From a virus, in the IMG/VR virus record IMGVR_UViG_3300034072_001079: a DNA stretch of 43,055 bases; one strand, 5' to 3'. A model generated the notes under the pieces. The model did not search any database. It was not told the DNA's origin and saw only the letters and a list, made by a program, of their open reading frames with translations. The position numbers and the translations under genes were made by a program. Below are positions 33,295 through 41,512 of the stretch, one piece after another (position 1 is the stretch's first letter; every line of letters begins with the position of its first letter).

Positions 33295-34175
33295 CTGCGC
33301 ATCGCTTTGACCCGATCTACCAGGGCCGGGTCGAGCGGTTCGCCGCGGTCGTTGACAAGGGTCTCGATGACACTGCACTTGCAGTTGACGGCATTGCCAT
33401 CTTGCGTATAGAACACCCGCACGTCTTGCGCCCCGTATAGGTTCCCGTGCCGCACGCGATGCGACTCCCGCGTGGTCGGGCTCAGCGCGCTAAACCACAT
33501 CATCCGCGATTGCACGCCGAAGTCGGCGGCGGCCTGTTGCGCCTCGTCGAGCCGGGCCTGGCGTTGCGCGTTGCCGATCTCGGTCCGGGCGATCCGGTGG
33601 CCCCGGCGCGCCTCGATGCCGGCCTGCTCGGTCAGTTGCTTGGCCACGGCGCGTGGGTTCAGGCCCTGGGCGAAGCCATCGGTCAGGATGCGGGCCATGC
33701 TGGCTTTCGTCTCGGCGGTCAGCCCGGCCATGTTCTCGAACTGGCGTGCGGCCAGGTACTGGATCCGCTGCCGGTACGGGCCGGACTGGAGCACGCTGGC
33801 CAGCTCGGGCCGCCCCAGCTTGTACCGCTCGGCCTGGGCGCCGAGGTTGCGCCATGCTGCAGCCGTGCCGGCCTGGTAGCTCGGGACGACGTAGCCGACG
33901 GTAAACCACAGCTGATCGGCGCCGCCTTCGAGCAGGATACGATCGACGGCCCGATCGATCTCGGCGGTCATCACGGCCAGTATCTCGGGGTTTAGCTCGA
34001 ATTGATACTGTTGCGCGTTGACCGTGACGACCGAATAGGGCACGGACGCCAGGGCGTCCCGGTACAGGCGCGCCACCTGGCGCATCCGGCGGTCGAAGTC
34101 GGCCATCGCGCGTCGTTCTGCGGCGTCCGTGCCGAGCGGATCGGCGTCGTTGCGGGGGAGGATCGGTTTGCCCAC
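33291..34175 (-). CDS. Head morphogenesis protein (Mu gpF / SPP1 gp7 family)
   Basis: 294 aa, directly downstream of the portal. ..IARTEIGNAQRQA.. and ..SPTTRESHRVRHG.. are strings typical of MuF-like proteins. Confidence 0.8.
   Translation of the reverse strand: MGKPILPRNDADPLGTDAAERRAMADFDRRMRQVARLYRDALASVPYSVVTVNAQQYQFELNPEILAVMTAEIDRAVDRILLEGGADQLWFTVGYVVPSYQAGTAAAWRNLGAQAERYKLGRPELASVLQSGPYRQRIQYLAARQFENMAGLTAETKASMARILTDGFAQGLNPRAVAKQLTEQAGIEARRGHRIARTEIGNAQRQARLDEAQQAAADFGVQSRMMWFSALSPTTRESHRVRHGNLYGAQDVRVFYTQDGNAVNCKCSVIETLVNDRGEPLDPALVDRVKAMRS
33385..33412 (+). promoter_or_regulatory. Class I promoter-like site pointing antisense into the MuF-like/portal genes
   Basis: gcagTTGACG-gcattgccatcttgcg-TATAGA with a 16-nt spacer. 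Carries the family spacer motif GCCATCTT. Confidence 0.4.
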
Positions 34176-34178
34176 GGG

Positions 34179-35558
34179 TTACACCTCCGCGTCCGGCTCG
34201 ACGTCCGGCAACGGCGGCAGCGCCTCGCCTTCGTTATCGAACCCCGCGGTATTTCTAATCTCAGCAGATGAAAACGGCACCGGCTCGCCCGAGCCGACAA
34301 ACTCCCGGTTGATCAGCGCCATTTCTTTCGCGGCGGCCAGTTTCTCGGCCTGCGTGGATTCGGTCAGGTCGTCCCAGACCACGGCGAACTCGGACACCTT
34401 GGACAGCAGGCGCTTGTCGATCAGGTGTTGCACAAGCGTTTCAATATCGCCGCTCAGCTCGTCGGTGCGCCGGCCCTGGGCGCGCTTGTTGAAGCTGCGC
34501 AGGTCCTCCGTGCTGGCGCGCTCGCCGGTCTGGTTCCCTACTACCACCTTGCTCGGCATCTGCACGCTGGCACAGGCGGACTGCAGGGCGATATCGAAGT
34601 GCTGCTGCGGGTCGGGCACCGTGGCCACGAGCGGCTTGGCCGTACCGCCCTGGACCGCCAGCAGCACGTCGAGGCCCTGGTTAAGATCGCGGGCCGCATC
34701 GTTGAAGGCGACCTGCAGCTCAGCGGGCGACACGCCGTAATTCTTGGCAATGTCGGCGAGATTCACGTCCTTGTCGTATTCGACGGCCAGCTGGCGGGCC
34801 GCATTCTTGAGGAACGATTCGCCCGAGCCGCCGAGGATCTTTTCGAGGTTCACGAAATCGTTATAGCCCGCCTTAAGGAACGGCACGCCGTCGCGCAGGT
34901 CACCCACGATCACCACGCGATCCGGGTGGATCGATACGGACCGCTCGGGCGTACCGTCCTCGGTATTCGGGTCGACCTGGGCCTCGTTATAGGCCCACAT
35001 GGTCGGCATACCGTAGTTCGGGCTCAGCGGGTCGGTGTTCCACTCGCTGGGGCGCATCTGGCCCTCCCACGCCGGGATCACTCGGACCAGCTTGCCGACA
35101 GCGCCGGTGATGGGGCGGTTCCACGCTTTGCCGTCGGCGATCTGCAGGATCAGGCACGAATAACGGCCCACCAGGCGGCGCCGGTCCGCATCGGCAAAGG
35201 CGCGCCACAGCTTGGTGCGCTTGGCCAGGGCGTTAAACTCGCGCTCCCACGCGGTCAGCGGGCGCTTGCTGTCCTTTTCGGCACCCTCGATCACCTCGGG
35301 GCGCGTTTCCCAGCACTTGCCGACGAGCAGCTGCACGACCCCGTGGGCAATGCCGTGCCGCTCATACAGGCGGAAAAAGTCGTCGAACTGCAGATAGTCG
35401 GGATAGCCGTATTCGCGCCAGGCGTTCGGGCGTTTCGCGTCTGCGGCGGTGCCGAGCGCGCGGGAGATATACGCCTGCCGATCGCGGATCGCGTGGTTTA
35501 CGGCAAGTTCGAGTTGGGACTGCGGCATGGTCGGCGCGCTCCGATTGGGGGTTGACAT
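34179..35558 (-). CDS. Portal protein (DUF1073-type)
   Basis: 459-aa ORF of portal size with DUF1073-like N-terminal strings (YGYPDYL..FFRLYERHGIAHGVV). The second ATG (35528) has a GGAG RBS and may be the true start. Confidence 0.85.
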   Translation of the reverse strand: MSTPNRSAPTMPQSQLELAVNHAIRDRQAYISRALGTAADAKRPNAWREYGYPDYLQFDDFFRLYERHGIAHGVVQLLVGKCWETRPEVIEGAEKDSKRPLTAWEREFNALAKRTKLWRAFADADRRRLVGRYSCLILQIADGKAWNRPITGAVGKLVRVIPAWEGQMRPSEWNTDPLSPNYGMPTMWAYNEAQVDPNTEDGTPERSVSIHPDRVVIVGDLRDGVPFLKAGYNDFVNLEKILGGSGESFLKNAARQLAVEYDKDVNLADIAKNYGVSPAELQVAFNDAARDLNQGLDVLLAVQGGTAKPLVATVPDPQQHFDIALQSACASVQMPSKVVVGNQTGERASTEDLRSFNKRAQGRRTDELSGDIETLVQHLIDKRLLSKVSEFAVVWDDLTESTQAEKLAAAKEMALINREFVGSGEPVPFSSAEIRNTAGFDNEGEALPPLPDVEPDAEV

Positions 35559-35579
35559 AGCGCGGAGAATACTACACCT

Positions 35580-35595
35580 GTGCTACCCTCGCCCC
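35580..35595 (+). promoter_or_regulatory. Late-type (class II) promoter-like motif GTGCTACCCTCGCCCC
   Basis: Near-identical 16-mer at 41474-41489. The TACCCT hexamer ends 28 nt before ATG 35618. CTACAC sits 6 nt upstream. Confidence 0.4.
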
Positions 35596-35617
35596 ATATC
35601 AAACCGAGGGCCTCGAT

Positions 35618-36838
35618 ATGAGCATCCGCGTCAACCTGCGCGCCACGGTCAACTCGGCGGACATTCGCCGCGAGTCGATCAACGGGCGCGAGCATCTGGT
35701 CATTCCGTCCTATACACTGCCTGCAAACGTTACTATGAACGGCGGCCTGTACCCGGGCGACGAGATCGACCGCAGCTATGCGAGCCTGGAAAACACGCTC
35801 GCCCCGCTCGGGCATCCAATGATCGGCGATCAGTACGTGTCGGCCCGGATGCCCGAAGCGATCAACGCCTACCACGTGGGCGCGTTCAATCGGAACGTAG
35901 AAAAGCGCGGGAACCGGGTCTACCTCGAAAAGTTCGTCGACGTGCAGACTGCCAGCCAGAGCGAAGGGGGCCGCGCCCTGCTGGCCGCCGTGGCGGCAGG
36001 CGAGCCGATCCACACGAGCACCGGCGTCTTCCTGCGCCAGGAGCAGACCAAGGGCGACGGCTACGACTGGATCGCGCGCGACATGGAGTTCGACCACGAT
36101 GCCATTCTGCTCGGCGAGATCGGCGCGGCCACCCCGGAGCAGGGCGTGGGGATGATGGTCAACGTGGCCCAGGCCGTCCCGGTCGGCGAGCGCGTGCTGG
36201 GCGCCGATACCTGGGGCGCTCGGTTCGAGGCGCTGGACCAGGCGCTGCGCGAGCGCTTCAAAGAGCCCGATTCGTGGGTGTGCCTGGAGAACTTCGACAG
36301 CGAGCGGGCCGTCTTTTCCACGGCGGCCGGCAAGTTCTACGTCGCGTACACGTGGACCGAAGGCGCCGGGGTTACCATCGATGGCGAGGCGTCCCCGGTC
36401 AAATCAGAGACGGCCTACTTTGCGCAGAACGGCCTTGTCAATAAATTTTGGCAATGGATGCGCAACGCGCTATCATCCGAGGCGTCTGCACCCCCTGAAC
36501 CGTCTGGAGATCAAGACATGAACCCCGAAGAAGTCAAAGCGATGCTCGATGAGCACGCCGAGAAACTGACCCAGGCGGTAAACGCTGCGGTCGCCCCGGT
36601 CGCTGAGCGCGTCCAAGCGCTGGAAACCACCCTGGCCGCCAACGCCGAGGCCGGTCTGGCCGAAAAGCGCAAGGCCGCCGCCGAGCACCTGGGCGTCGAA
36701 GTCGACACCCTGGCCGGTATGACCGCCAACCAACTCGACGCTGTGCTGGCCAAGTCGCTGCCTGCTGCCCCGCTGCTGGGTGGTCTGCCGCGCGTGAACA
36801 GCGCCGAGCTGTCCGACTACGACAAGCCGACTGCTTAA
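35618..36838 (+). CDS. Prohead protease/scaffold protein (DUF2213-like)
   Basis: N-terminal ..INGREHLVIPSYTLP..NGGLYPGDEI..LGHP.., then DHDAILL, then a C-terminal Ala/Glu coiled coil. Precedes the decoration and capsid genes. Confidence 0.75.
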   Translation: MSIRVNLRATVNSADIRRESINGREHLVIPSYTLPANVTMNGGLYPGDEIDRSYASLENTLAPLGHPMIGDQYVSARMPEAINAYHVGAFNRNVEKRGNRVYLEKFVDVQTASQSEGGRALLAAVAAGEPIHTSTGVFLRQEQTKGDGYDWIARDMEFDHDAILLGEIGAATPEQGVGMMVNVAQAVPVGERVLGADTWGARFEALDQALRERFKEPDSWVCLENFDSERAVFSTAAGKFYVAYTWTEGAGVTIDGEASPVKSETAYFAQNGLVNKFWQWMRNALSSEASAPPEPSGDQDMNPEEVKAMLDEHAEKLTQAVNAAVAPVAERVQALETTLAANAEAGLAEKRKAAAEHLGVEVDTLAGMTANQLDAVLAKSLPAAPLLGGLPRVNSAELSDYDKPTA

Positions 36839-36850
36839 GGAGCCGCCGCC

Positions 36851-37267
36851 ATGAACAAGACTTTCCTCGGCTCGGTCGAGAACAACCAACCGGAACAGGT
36901 CGAACTGCCGGGCGCCGCTGCGGGTATCCTGCCCGGCAACATCCTGCTGCGCGCTGCCGACGAGTTCAAGAAGCACGACGGCGCCGACGCGGGCGGCTTC
37001 GTGTACATCGCCAAAGAGGCGCCGAACAACGATGTCGACACCGCCTACGCGGCCGACGAGACCGTATTCGCCTACCGTCCGAAGTCGGGCGACTACTACC
37101 GCGCCCTGGTCGCCACCGGTCAGGCCCTGGTAGTCGATTCGCCGCTGACCAGCAACGGCGCGGGCCTGCTCGTGCTGGCCACCCCGGCCACCGACGTGGT
37201 GATCTGCTACGCGGACGAAGCCATCACCACCACCGCGACCACTGCGGTCGCCGTGAAATTCAAATAA
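36851..37267 (+). CDS. Head decoration/cement protein candidate (DUF2190-like)
   Basis: 138 aa between the scaffold and the major capsid gene. RBS AAGGAG. Confidence 0.6.
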   Translation: MNKTFLGSVENNQPEQVELPGAAAGILPGNILLRAADEFKKHDGADAGGFVYIAKEAPNNDVDTAYAADETVFAYRPKSGDYYRALVATGQALVVDSPLTSNGAGLLVLATPATDVVICYADEAITTTATTAVAVKFK

Positions 37268-37279
37268 GGAGCGCCGATC

Positions 37280-38341
37280 ATGGCTTTCTATCTTGACGAG
37301 AAAATCATCGCCAATTCGGCCGGCGCCAAGTCGCAGTTCGGCGAAGTGGTTCGTCGCCGTAAAGGCTTCGAGCTGGCCGAGCGTGCGATGGCCACTAACC
37401 ACGGCATCGAGCTGGCCGCCAACGAGGCGCGCATTCCGGCCGACGTGTACCGCAGCATGGATGCCCAAACCAAGCAGCTGATGACCGGCGACGAGGGCGG
37501 CGTGCTGCTCGACGACCTGCTGCCGCTGGCGAAGTCGGTCAACGTGGGCAAGATCGTTGCCGAATACCGCCAGGTATCCGACGCTGGTTCGGCCAAGTCC
37601 AGCATCAGCGGCCAGCATGCCAAGCTGATGGATCAGGTTGACTACGACTACGACGGCACCCTGGTGCTGATCCACGACAGCGCGGTCGGCCGTGAATGGC
37701 GCGAGCTGGAGGGCATGCGCTCCGAAGGCTTCGACGCGCTGATCGACGATCAGGCCGCTGCCGTGCGTGCCGTGCGTCGCCAGATGGTCGACAACTTCCT
37801 GAACGGCGCGCCGGGCGTGCTGTACAAGGGCCAACAGAGCTACGGCATCAAGAACAGCCCGAACACCCAGCCGTTGGACCTGGGCGCGGCCGGCCTCAAC
37901 ATTGACCTGACCAGCTCCTCGGCCACCTTCGCTCAGATCGAATCGGTGTTCCGCGCTGCGCTGAAAACCCTGCAGGGCTCGGCCAACAACGTGGAAATGG
38001 ACATTTCGTTCCGCGTGTCGGCTGATATCTGGTTCAACCTGCTGCGCCGCGAGGACAACAAGTCGGACTCCCTGACCTTCCTCGAACAGCTGCTGCGTAT
38101 GCCGGGCGTCCGCGACATCAAGCGCACCAATGGCACCAACGCGCTGACCGGGAACGAGTTTATCGCCCTGGCGCTGTCGAGCCAGTACATTCAGCCGGTT
38201 GTGGGGATGGGTCTGACCACCACTCCGATCACCCGTCTGACCCCGTACGCCGACTACAACCTGCTGGTATGGACCGCCGCGGGCCTGCAGATCAAAGCCG
38301 ACAGCAAAGGCCGCTCCGGCGTCCTGTACGCTTCGGCCTAA
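37280..38341 (+). CDS. Major capsid protein (DUF2184-type)
   Basis: 353 aa with very high third-position GC. Typical position in a DUF1073/DUF2213/DUF2190/DUF2184 head cluster. Confidence 0.8.
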   Translation: MAFYLDEKIIANSAGAKSQFGEVVRRRKGFELAERAMATNHGIELAANEARIPADVYRSMDAQTKQLMTGDEGGVLLDDLLPLAKSVNVGKIVAEYRQVSDAGSAKSSISGQHAKLMDQVDYDYDGTLVLIHDSAVGREWRELEGMRSEGFDALIDDQAAAVRAVRRQMVDNFLNGAPGVLYKGQQSYGIKNSPNTQPLDLGAAGLNIDLTSSSATFAQIESVFRAALKTLQGSANNVEMDISFRVSADIWFNLLRREDNKSDSLTFLEQLLRMPGVRDIKRTNGTNALTGNEFIALALSSQYIQPVVGMGLTTTPITRLTPYADYNLLVWTAAGLQIKADSKGRSGVLYASA

Positions 38342-38356
38342 CTGGAGAGCTGAACC

Positions 38357-38527
38357 ATGGCTAAGTTCCGACTGACTCGCCCGATCTGGCTCGGCGACCG
38401 CCGCCTGGAGAAGGGCGCCGAAGTGGAGTTCGACGGCGAGCCGACCGGTGTGTATCGCGGTCGCTGCGAGCCGATCGTCAGCGCGAAGGCCGACAAGCCC
38501 AAGCCGCCGCCCGCTCCGGCTAAGTAA
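38357..38527 (+). CDS. Small ORF, 56 aa, with Lys/Pro-rich tail (not in ORF track)
   Basis: ATG 7 nt after GGAGAG and high third-position GC. MAKFRLTRPIWLGDRRLEKG...KADKPKPPPAPAK. A terminator follows. Confidence 0.5.
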   Translation: MAKFRLTRPIWLGDRRLEKGAEVEFDGEPTGVYRGRCEPIVSAKADKPKPPPAPAK

Positions 38528-38536
38528 CAAGACGAA

Positions 38537-38558
38537 CCCCGCCCCGTGCGGGGTTTTT
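38537..38558 (+). terminator. Rho-independent terminator after the capsid operon
   Basis: ccccgc / gcgggg stem followed by ttttt. Confidence 0.7.
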
Positions 38559-38561
38559 CTT

Positions 38562-38574
38562 ATATACTCGCACC
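38562..38574 (+). promoter_or_regulatory. Late-type (class II) promoter-like motif ATATACTCGCACC
   Basis: The TATACT hexamer ends 29 nt before ATG 38598. Lies directly after the terminator. Confidence 0.35.
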
Positions 38575-38597
38575 ATCCCGCCCCGGAGCGCGCCGTC

Positions 38598-39029
38598 ATG
38601 GCCATGGTCTACCAATTCACGTCGCCCGCCCTCGAATCGCCGGAGGACATGTCGCTCGAATACGACGGCGCGGCGGTGCAGATCGTTTTCTATGACGGGA
38701 TCGGCGCCCAGGTAAACCCGGTCGGCCAGGGTCGGCTGTTCTCGCGGCGGATGCCGGGCCAAGCGTGGCTTGAGGAGTACCCGTTCGCTGCGGACGAGTG
38801 GCGATTCAACGGCCCGTGCCTGCGCGTGCGGCTCGACCTGTCCGGCGTGACCGGGTACGTGTCGTATCGGGTATACGTGTGGCGCGTGGCCTACGCGCTC
38901 GACGTATCGCCGTCCGGGGCGTATACAGGCGAGGCGGCCCAGGTGATGCTGCGCGACCAGGCCGTGGCGGCGTACCTGACGTGGTATTCTGGCCGCATCG
39001 ATGCACCCTTCACGAGGCCACCCCTGTGA
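38598..39029 (+). CDS. Hypothetical virion-module protein
   Basis: 143 aa from the internal ATG of track ORF 38448-39029. Confidence 0.55.
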   Translation: MAMVYQFTSPALESPEDMSLEYDGAAVQIVFYDGIGAQVNPVGQGRLFSRRMPGQAWLEEYPFAADEWRFNGPCLRVRLDLSGVTGYVSYRVYVWRVAYALDVSPSGAYTGEAAQVMLRDQAVAAYLTWYSGRIDAPFTRPPL

Positions 39030-39406
39030 TCACTTCCGCCTACCTTACCGCCTACCTTACCGAGCTAGGCTACACGCTGCCGCCGAATATGCTGGACTGC
39101 CTGCTCGCCCAGGCCGAGACGGCCCGCCCGTGCATGGTCGGCGCAGGGTACAACGAGTGCGCGCAGGACCTGGCCGTCACGTATCTGGCGGCGATGCTGT
39201 CGATCAGCTCCGGCGCGCGGCGAATCAAGAGCCAGGCCGCACCGTCTGGCGCATCACGGTCGTTTGACTATGCCGGCGACCAGCTCAAGCAACTGCGCCA
39301 GGCCCTGGCCATCGTCGACCCGAGCGGATGCACGACGGCCCTGCAGCCGGCCGACCCGAACGGGGCCGCGGCGCTTATCGTGGGGCGAGCCACATGTCGT
39401 CGCTAG
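39026..39406 (+). CDS. Head-tail connector/adaptor candidate
   Basis: GTG overlaps the upstream stop (GTGA). 126 aa, ..AVTYLAAMLS.. Position after the capsid genes. Confidence 0.5.
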   Translation: MITSAYLTAYLTELGYTLPPNMLDCLLAQAETARPCMVGAGYNECAQDLAVTYLAAMLSISSGARRIKSQAAPSGASRSFDYAGDQLKQLRQALAIVDPSGCTTALQPADPNGAAALIVGRATCRR

Positions 39407-39738
39407 CGCGCTGGACCTACACGAACGAGGCCACGGTCTATCCGTTCGTCGACGAGGATCTGTTTAACGGCGGCGTGCTGTTCGGCGAGCCGTACACGAT
39501 CGCCTGCACCTGGGAAACCGGGGGTAAGCTGATCCGCACCATTGGCGGCCAGAGCGGGGCGGCGGGCGACGAGTTCGTGGCCGATATGCTGATTTATACC
39601 GAGGACGCACGGCCAAAGTACCGCGACGAGATCGTGCTGGCCGGGCATGACCGCCGGATGCAGATCCGCGACGTGACTGAATGGGACATGAGCCCGTTTG
39701 GCGAGGCGGATAGCCCTGATTACAGGATTGCCACGTAA
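39394..39738 (+). CDS. Head-tail joining protein candidate
   Basis: 114 aa from the internal ATG, overlapping the neighbours at both ends. Confidence 0.5.
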   Translation: MSSLARWTYTNEATVYPFVDEDLFNGGVLFGEPYTIACTWETGGKLIRTIGGQSGAAGDEFVADMLIYTEDARPKYRDEIVLAGHDRRMQIRDVTEWDMSPFGEADSPDYRIAT

Positions 39739-40130
39739 TGCCCGCCCGAGGATTCCGCCAGGCTAAGGCCAAGCTGCGCCGCACGATGGGCAACATCGAA
39801 GGCGCGGTGACCGAGCGCACGCTGCTCGAAATCCTCATTATCGGTGCGGGCCGGGCGAGCATCATGACCCCCGTGGACACGTCCAACCTGATCAACTCGC
39901 AATACCGGCGCGTCGAGCGCGGCCCGTTCGGCGCGTGGGGTCGGGTCGGCTATACTGCCGCGTACGCTTCGGCAGTACACGCGGCGAGCGGCGAGTCTGC
40001 AGGCCAGCCGCGCCCCAATGGCCGGGGGAACTTCTGGGACCCGAGCGGCGAGCCAGAATTCCTACGTAAGGGCTTCGAGGACTCGATCCCGCAAATTCAG
40101 GCCGCCATCAAACGAGGATACAAGGTGTGA
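39738..40130 (+). CDS. HK97 gp10-like neck/tail-completion protein
   Basis: ..MTPVDTSNLINSQYRRVE..GYTAAYASAVH.. pattern. Confidence 0.65.
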   Translation: MPARGFRQAKAKLRRTMGNIEGAVTERTLLEILIIGAGRASIMTPVDTSNLINSQYRRVERGPFGAWGRVGYTAAYASAVHAASGESAGQPRPNGRGNFWDPSGEPEFLRKGFEDSIPQIQAAIKRGYKV

Positions 40131-40516
40131 GCAACCCTCTTTCCGATCTGCTCGCCTGGATTCAGGCCGTGCCCGAGCTGTCCAGCTACGTTCCGAGCCG
40201 GGGTGCCTGGGTAGAATCCGACGCCTTGGCTGACCGCCGTATTCTGGCCTTGATCAGCGAGGGCGGCCCGAAGCCTGACGTATCAAGCCGAACCATGCGC
40301 GTGCGCGTGCTGCTGCTAGGCAAGCGCATGGAGCGAAACGTGGCCGGCGCGGTCGTCAACATCGAAGGCCACGCCAACGCTCTGGTAGACCGTACCCTTG
40401 CGGAGTTCAAGTCGGGCTGTTTGACGCAGATCCGCGCCATTTCTGATATAGTCGGGCCGGGGTATACAGCAGAGGGCCGCCCGTGGTATGAGGCGAACTT
40501 CGAGTGCCTTATCTAA
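40127..40516 (+). CDS. Tail terminator/completion protein candidate
   Basis: 129 aa with ATGA-type overlap. Lies immediately upstream of the tail tube gene. Confidence 0.5.
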   Translation: MSNPLSDLLAWIQAVPELSSYVPSRGAWVESDALADRRILALISEGGPKPDVSSRTMRVRVLLLGKRMERNVAGAVVNIEGHANALVDRTLAEFKSGCLTQIRAISDIVGPGYTAEGRPWYEANFECLI

Positions 40517-40557
40517 CGCCCTCCAAGGGCAAAAACCGAAACTAGGAGGGCCAAGTC

Positions 40558-41043
40558 ATGGCCAATTGTTCCCTGGATAAGTATGTCGGCAGGGAGGTAG
40601 CTGCCGAGTTTTTCATCGGGTGCGGCGACGTGCGCCCCGGCCCCGCCGACTGGCTGCCGATTGGCTCGCTGCGGGACAAGGGCCTGTCGACCGAATGGGA
40701 CACCGTGGACGCCACCGCTGATGATTCGCTCGGCTCGTTCCGTGCGAACCTGGCGACCTATCAGACCCTGAGCCTGTCCGTCTCGGGCGTGTGCAAGCGT
40801 GCCGACGGTACCGCCAGCAATCAGACCGCGCTGACCAAGCACGTGCTGGTTCCGTCCGCCACGGGCGGCCAGCCGGTTGCCTGGTTCCGCCTGACCTACC
40901 CGGATATTACCGTCGAGGCATTCATGCTGATCAGTTCCCTGGAGCGGACCGGCACTTATGACGATCTGGTGACTTTCTCGCTCGAAGCGAGTGTTACCGA
41001 ATCGCCGCTCGGCGTGTTCGTCGAAGATACCCCCATCGTTTAA
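40558..41043 (+). CDS. Major tail (tube) protein
   Basis: 161 aa, strong RBS AGGAGGG, Ser/Thr-rich beta-type sequence. Position before the chaperone and tape measure genes. Confidence 0.7.
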   Translation: MANCSLDKYVGREVAAEFFIGCGDVRPGPADWLPIGSLRDKGLSTEWDTVDATADDSLGSFRANLATYQTLSLSVSGVCKRADGTASNQTALTKHVLVPSATGGQPVAWFRLTYPDITVEAFMLISSLERTGTYDDLVTFSLEASVTESPLGVFVEDTPIV

Positions 41044-41055
41044 GGAGCCGCAGAC

Positions 41056-41418
41056 ATGGCAGCTATCAAAACCATTTCCCCGAAGGGCCAGCGCGGTTCG
41101 CTCAACGTCGACCCGACCGAGCTGACCGGCGCCGATACCCTGGTCTATGACCGCACCAAGTGGCAAACCCTGTACATCCGCAACGAGTCGGCCGGCGCGG
41201 TCACCATCGTGCTCGACGGCGACACCGTGGACGACGTGTTCTATCCGGGCCAGGGCGGCCCGGTCGACAACTCGGCCGGCTATTCGATCAGCGTCCCGGC
41301 CGGTGCGGTCTACGCCGTCGCCCTGCCGAATATCAAGTCGTTCCTGAATCAGGACGGCACCGCGTCGGCTGTTACCGGCGGCGCGGCTGACGTGTTCGCC
41401 TGGATTCAAGCGGACTGA
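41056..41418 (+). CDS. Hypothetical tail-module protein
   Basis: 120 aa, RBS AAGGAG. A terminator follows. Confidence 0.55.
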   Translation: MAAIKTISPKGQRGSLNVDPTELTGADTLVYDRTKWQTLYIRNESAGAVTIVLDGDTVDDVFYPGQGGPVDNSAGYSISVPAGAVYAVALPNIKSFLNQDGTASAVTGGAADVFAWIQAD

Positions 41419-41442
41419 CCGGCAGGCAGCAACGGCAGAGAT

Positions 41443-41467
41443 AGCCCGCTTCGGCGGGCTTTTTCTT
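41443..41467 (+). terminator. Rho-independent terminator
   Basis: agcccgc-ttcg-gcgggct stem with UUCG loop, followed by ttttctt. Confidence 0.8.
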
Positions 41468-41473
41468 GCCCGC

Positions 41474-41489
41474 GTGCTATCCTCGCCCC
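41474..41489 (+). promoter_or_regulatory. Late-type (class II) promoter-like motif GTGCTATCCTCGCCCC
   Basis: 15 of 16 identical to 35580-35595. The TATCCT hexamer ends 29 nt before ATG 41513. Confidence 0.4.
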
Positions 41490-41512
41490 GTCACCTTTCG
41501 AGCGACCCACAC

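Noticed and set aside
36473-38605. 710-aa minus-strand ORF spanning the scaffold, decoration and capsid genes
   Set aside because: It is antisense to well-supported structural genes and has a low-complexity Arg/Gly/Ala composition and no motifs. This is typical shadow-ORF behaviour in GC-rich DNA. The same applies to 7818-9068(-), 10980-12197(+), 19240-20403(-), 26621-28207(-), 34425-35555(+), 35449-36444(+) and 40513-41409(-).
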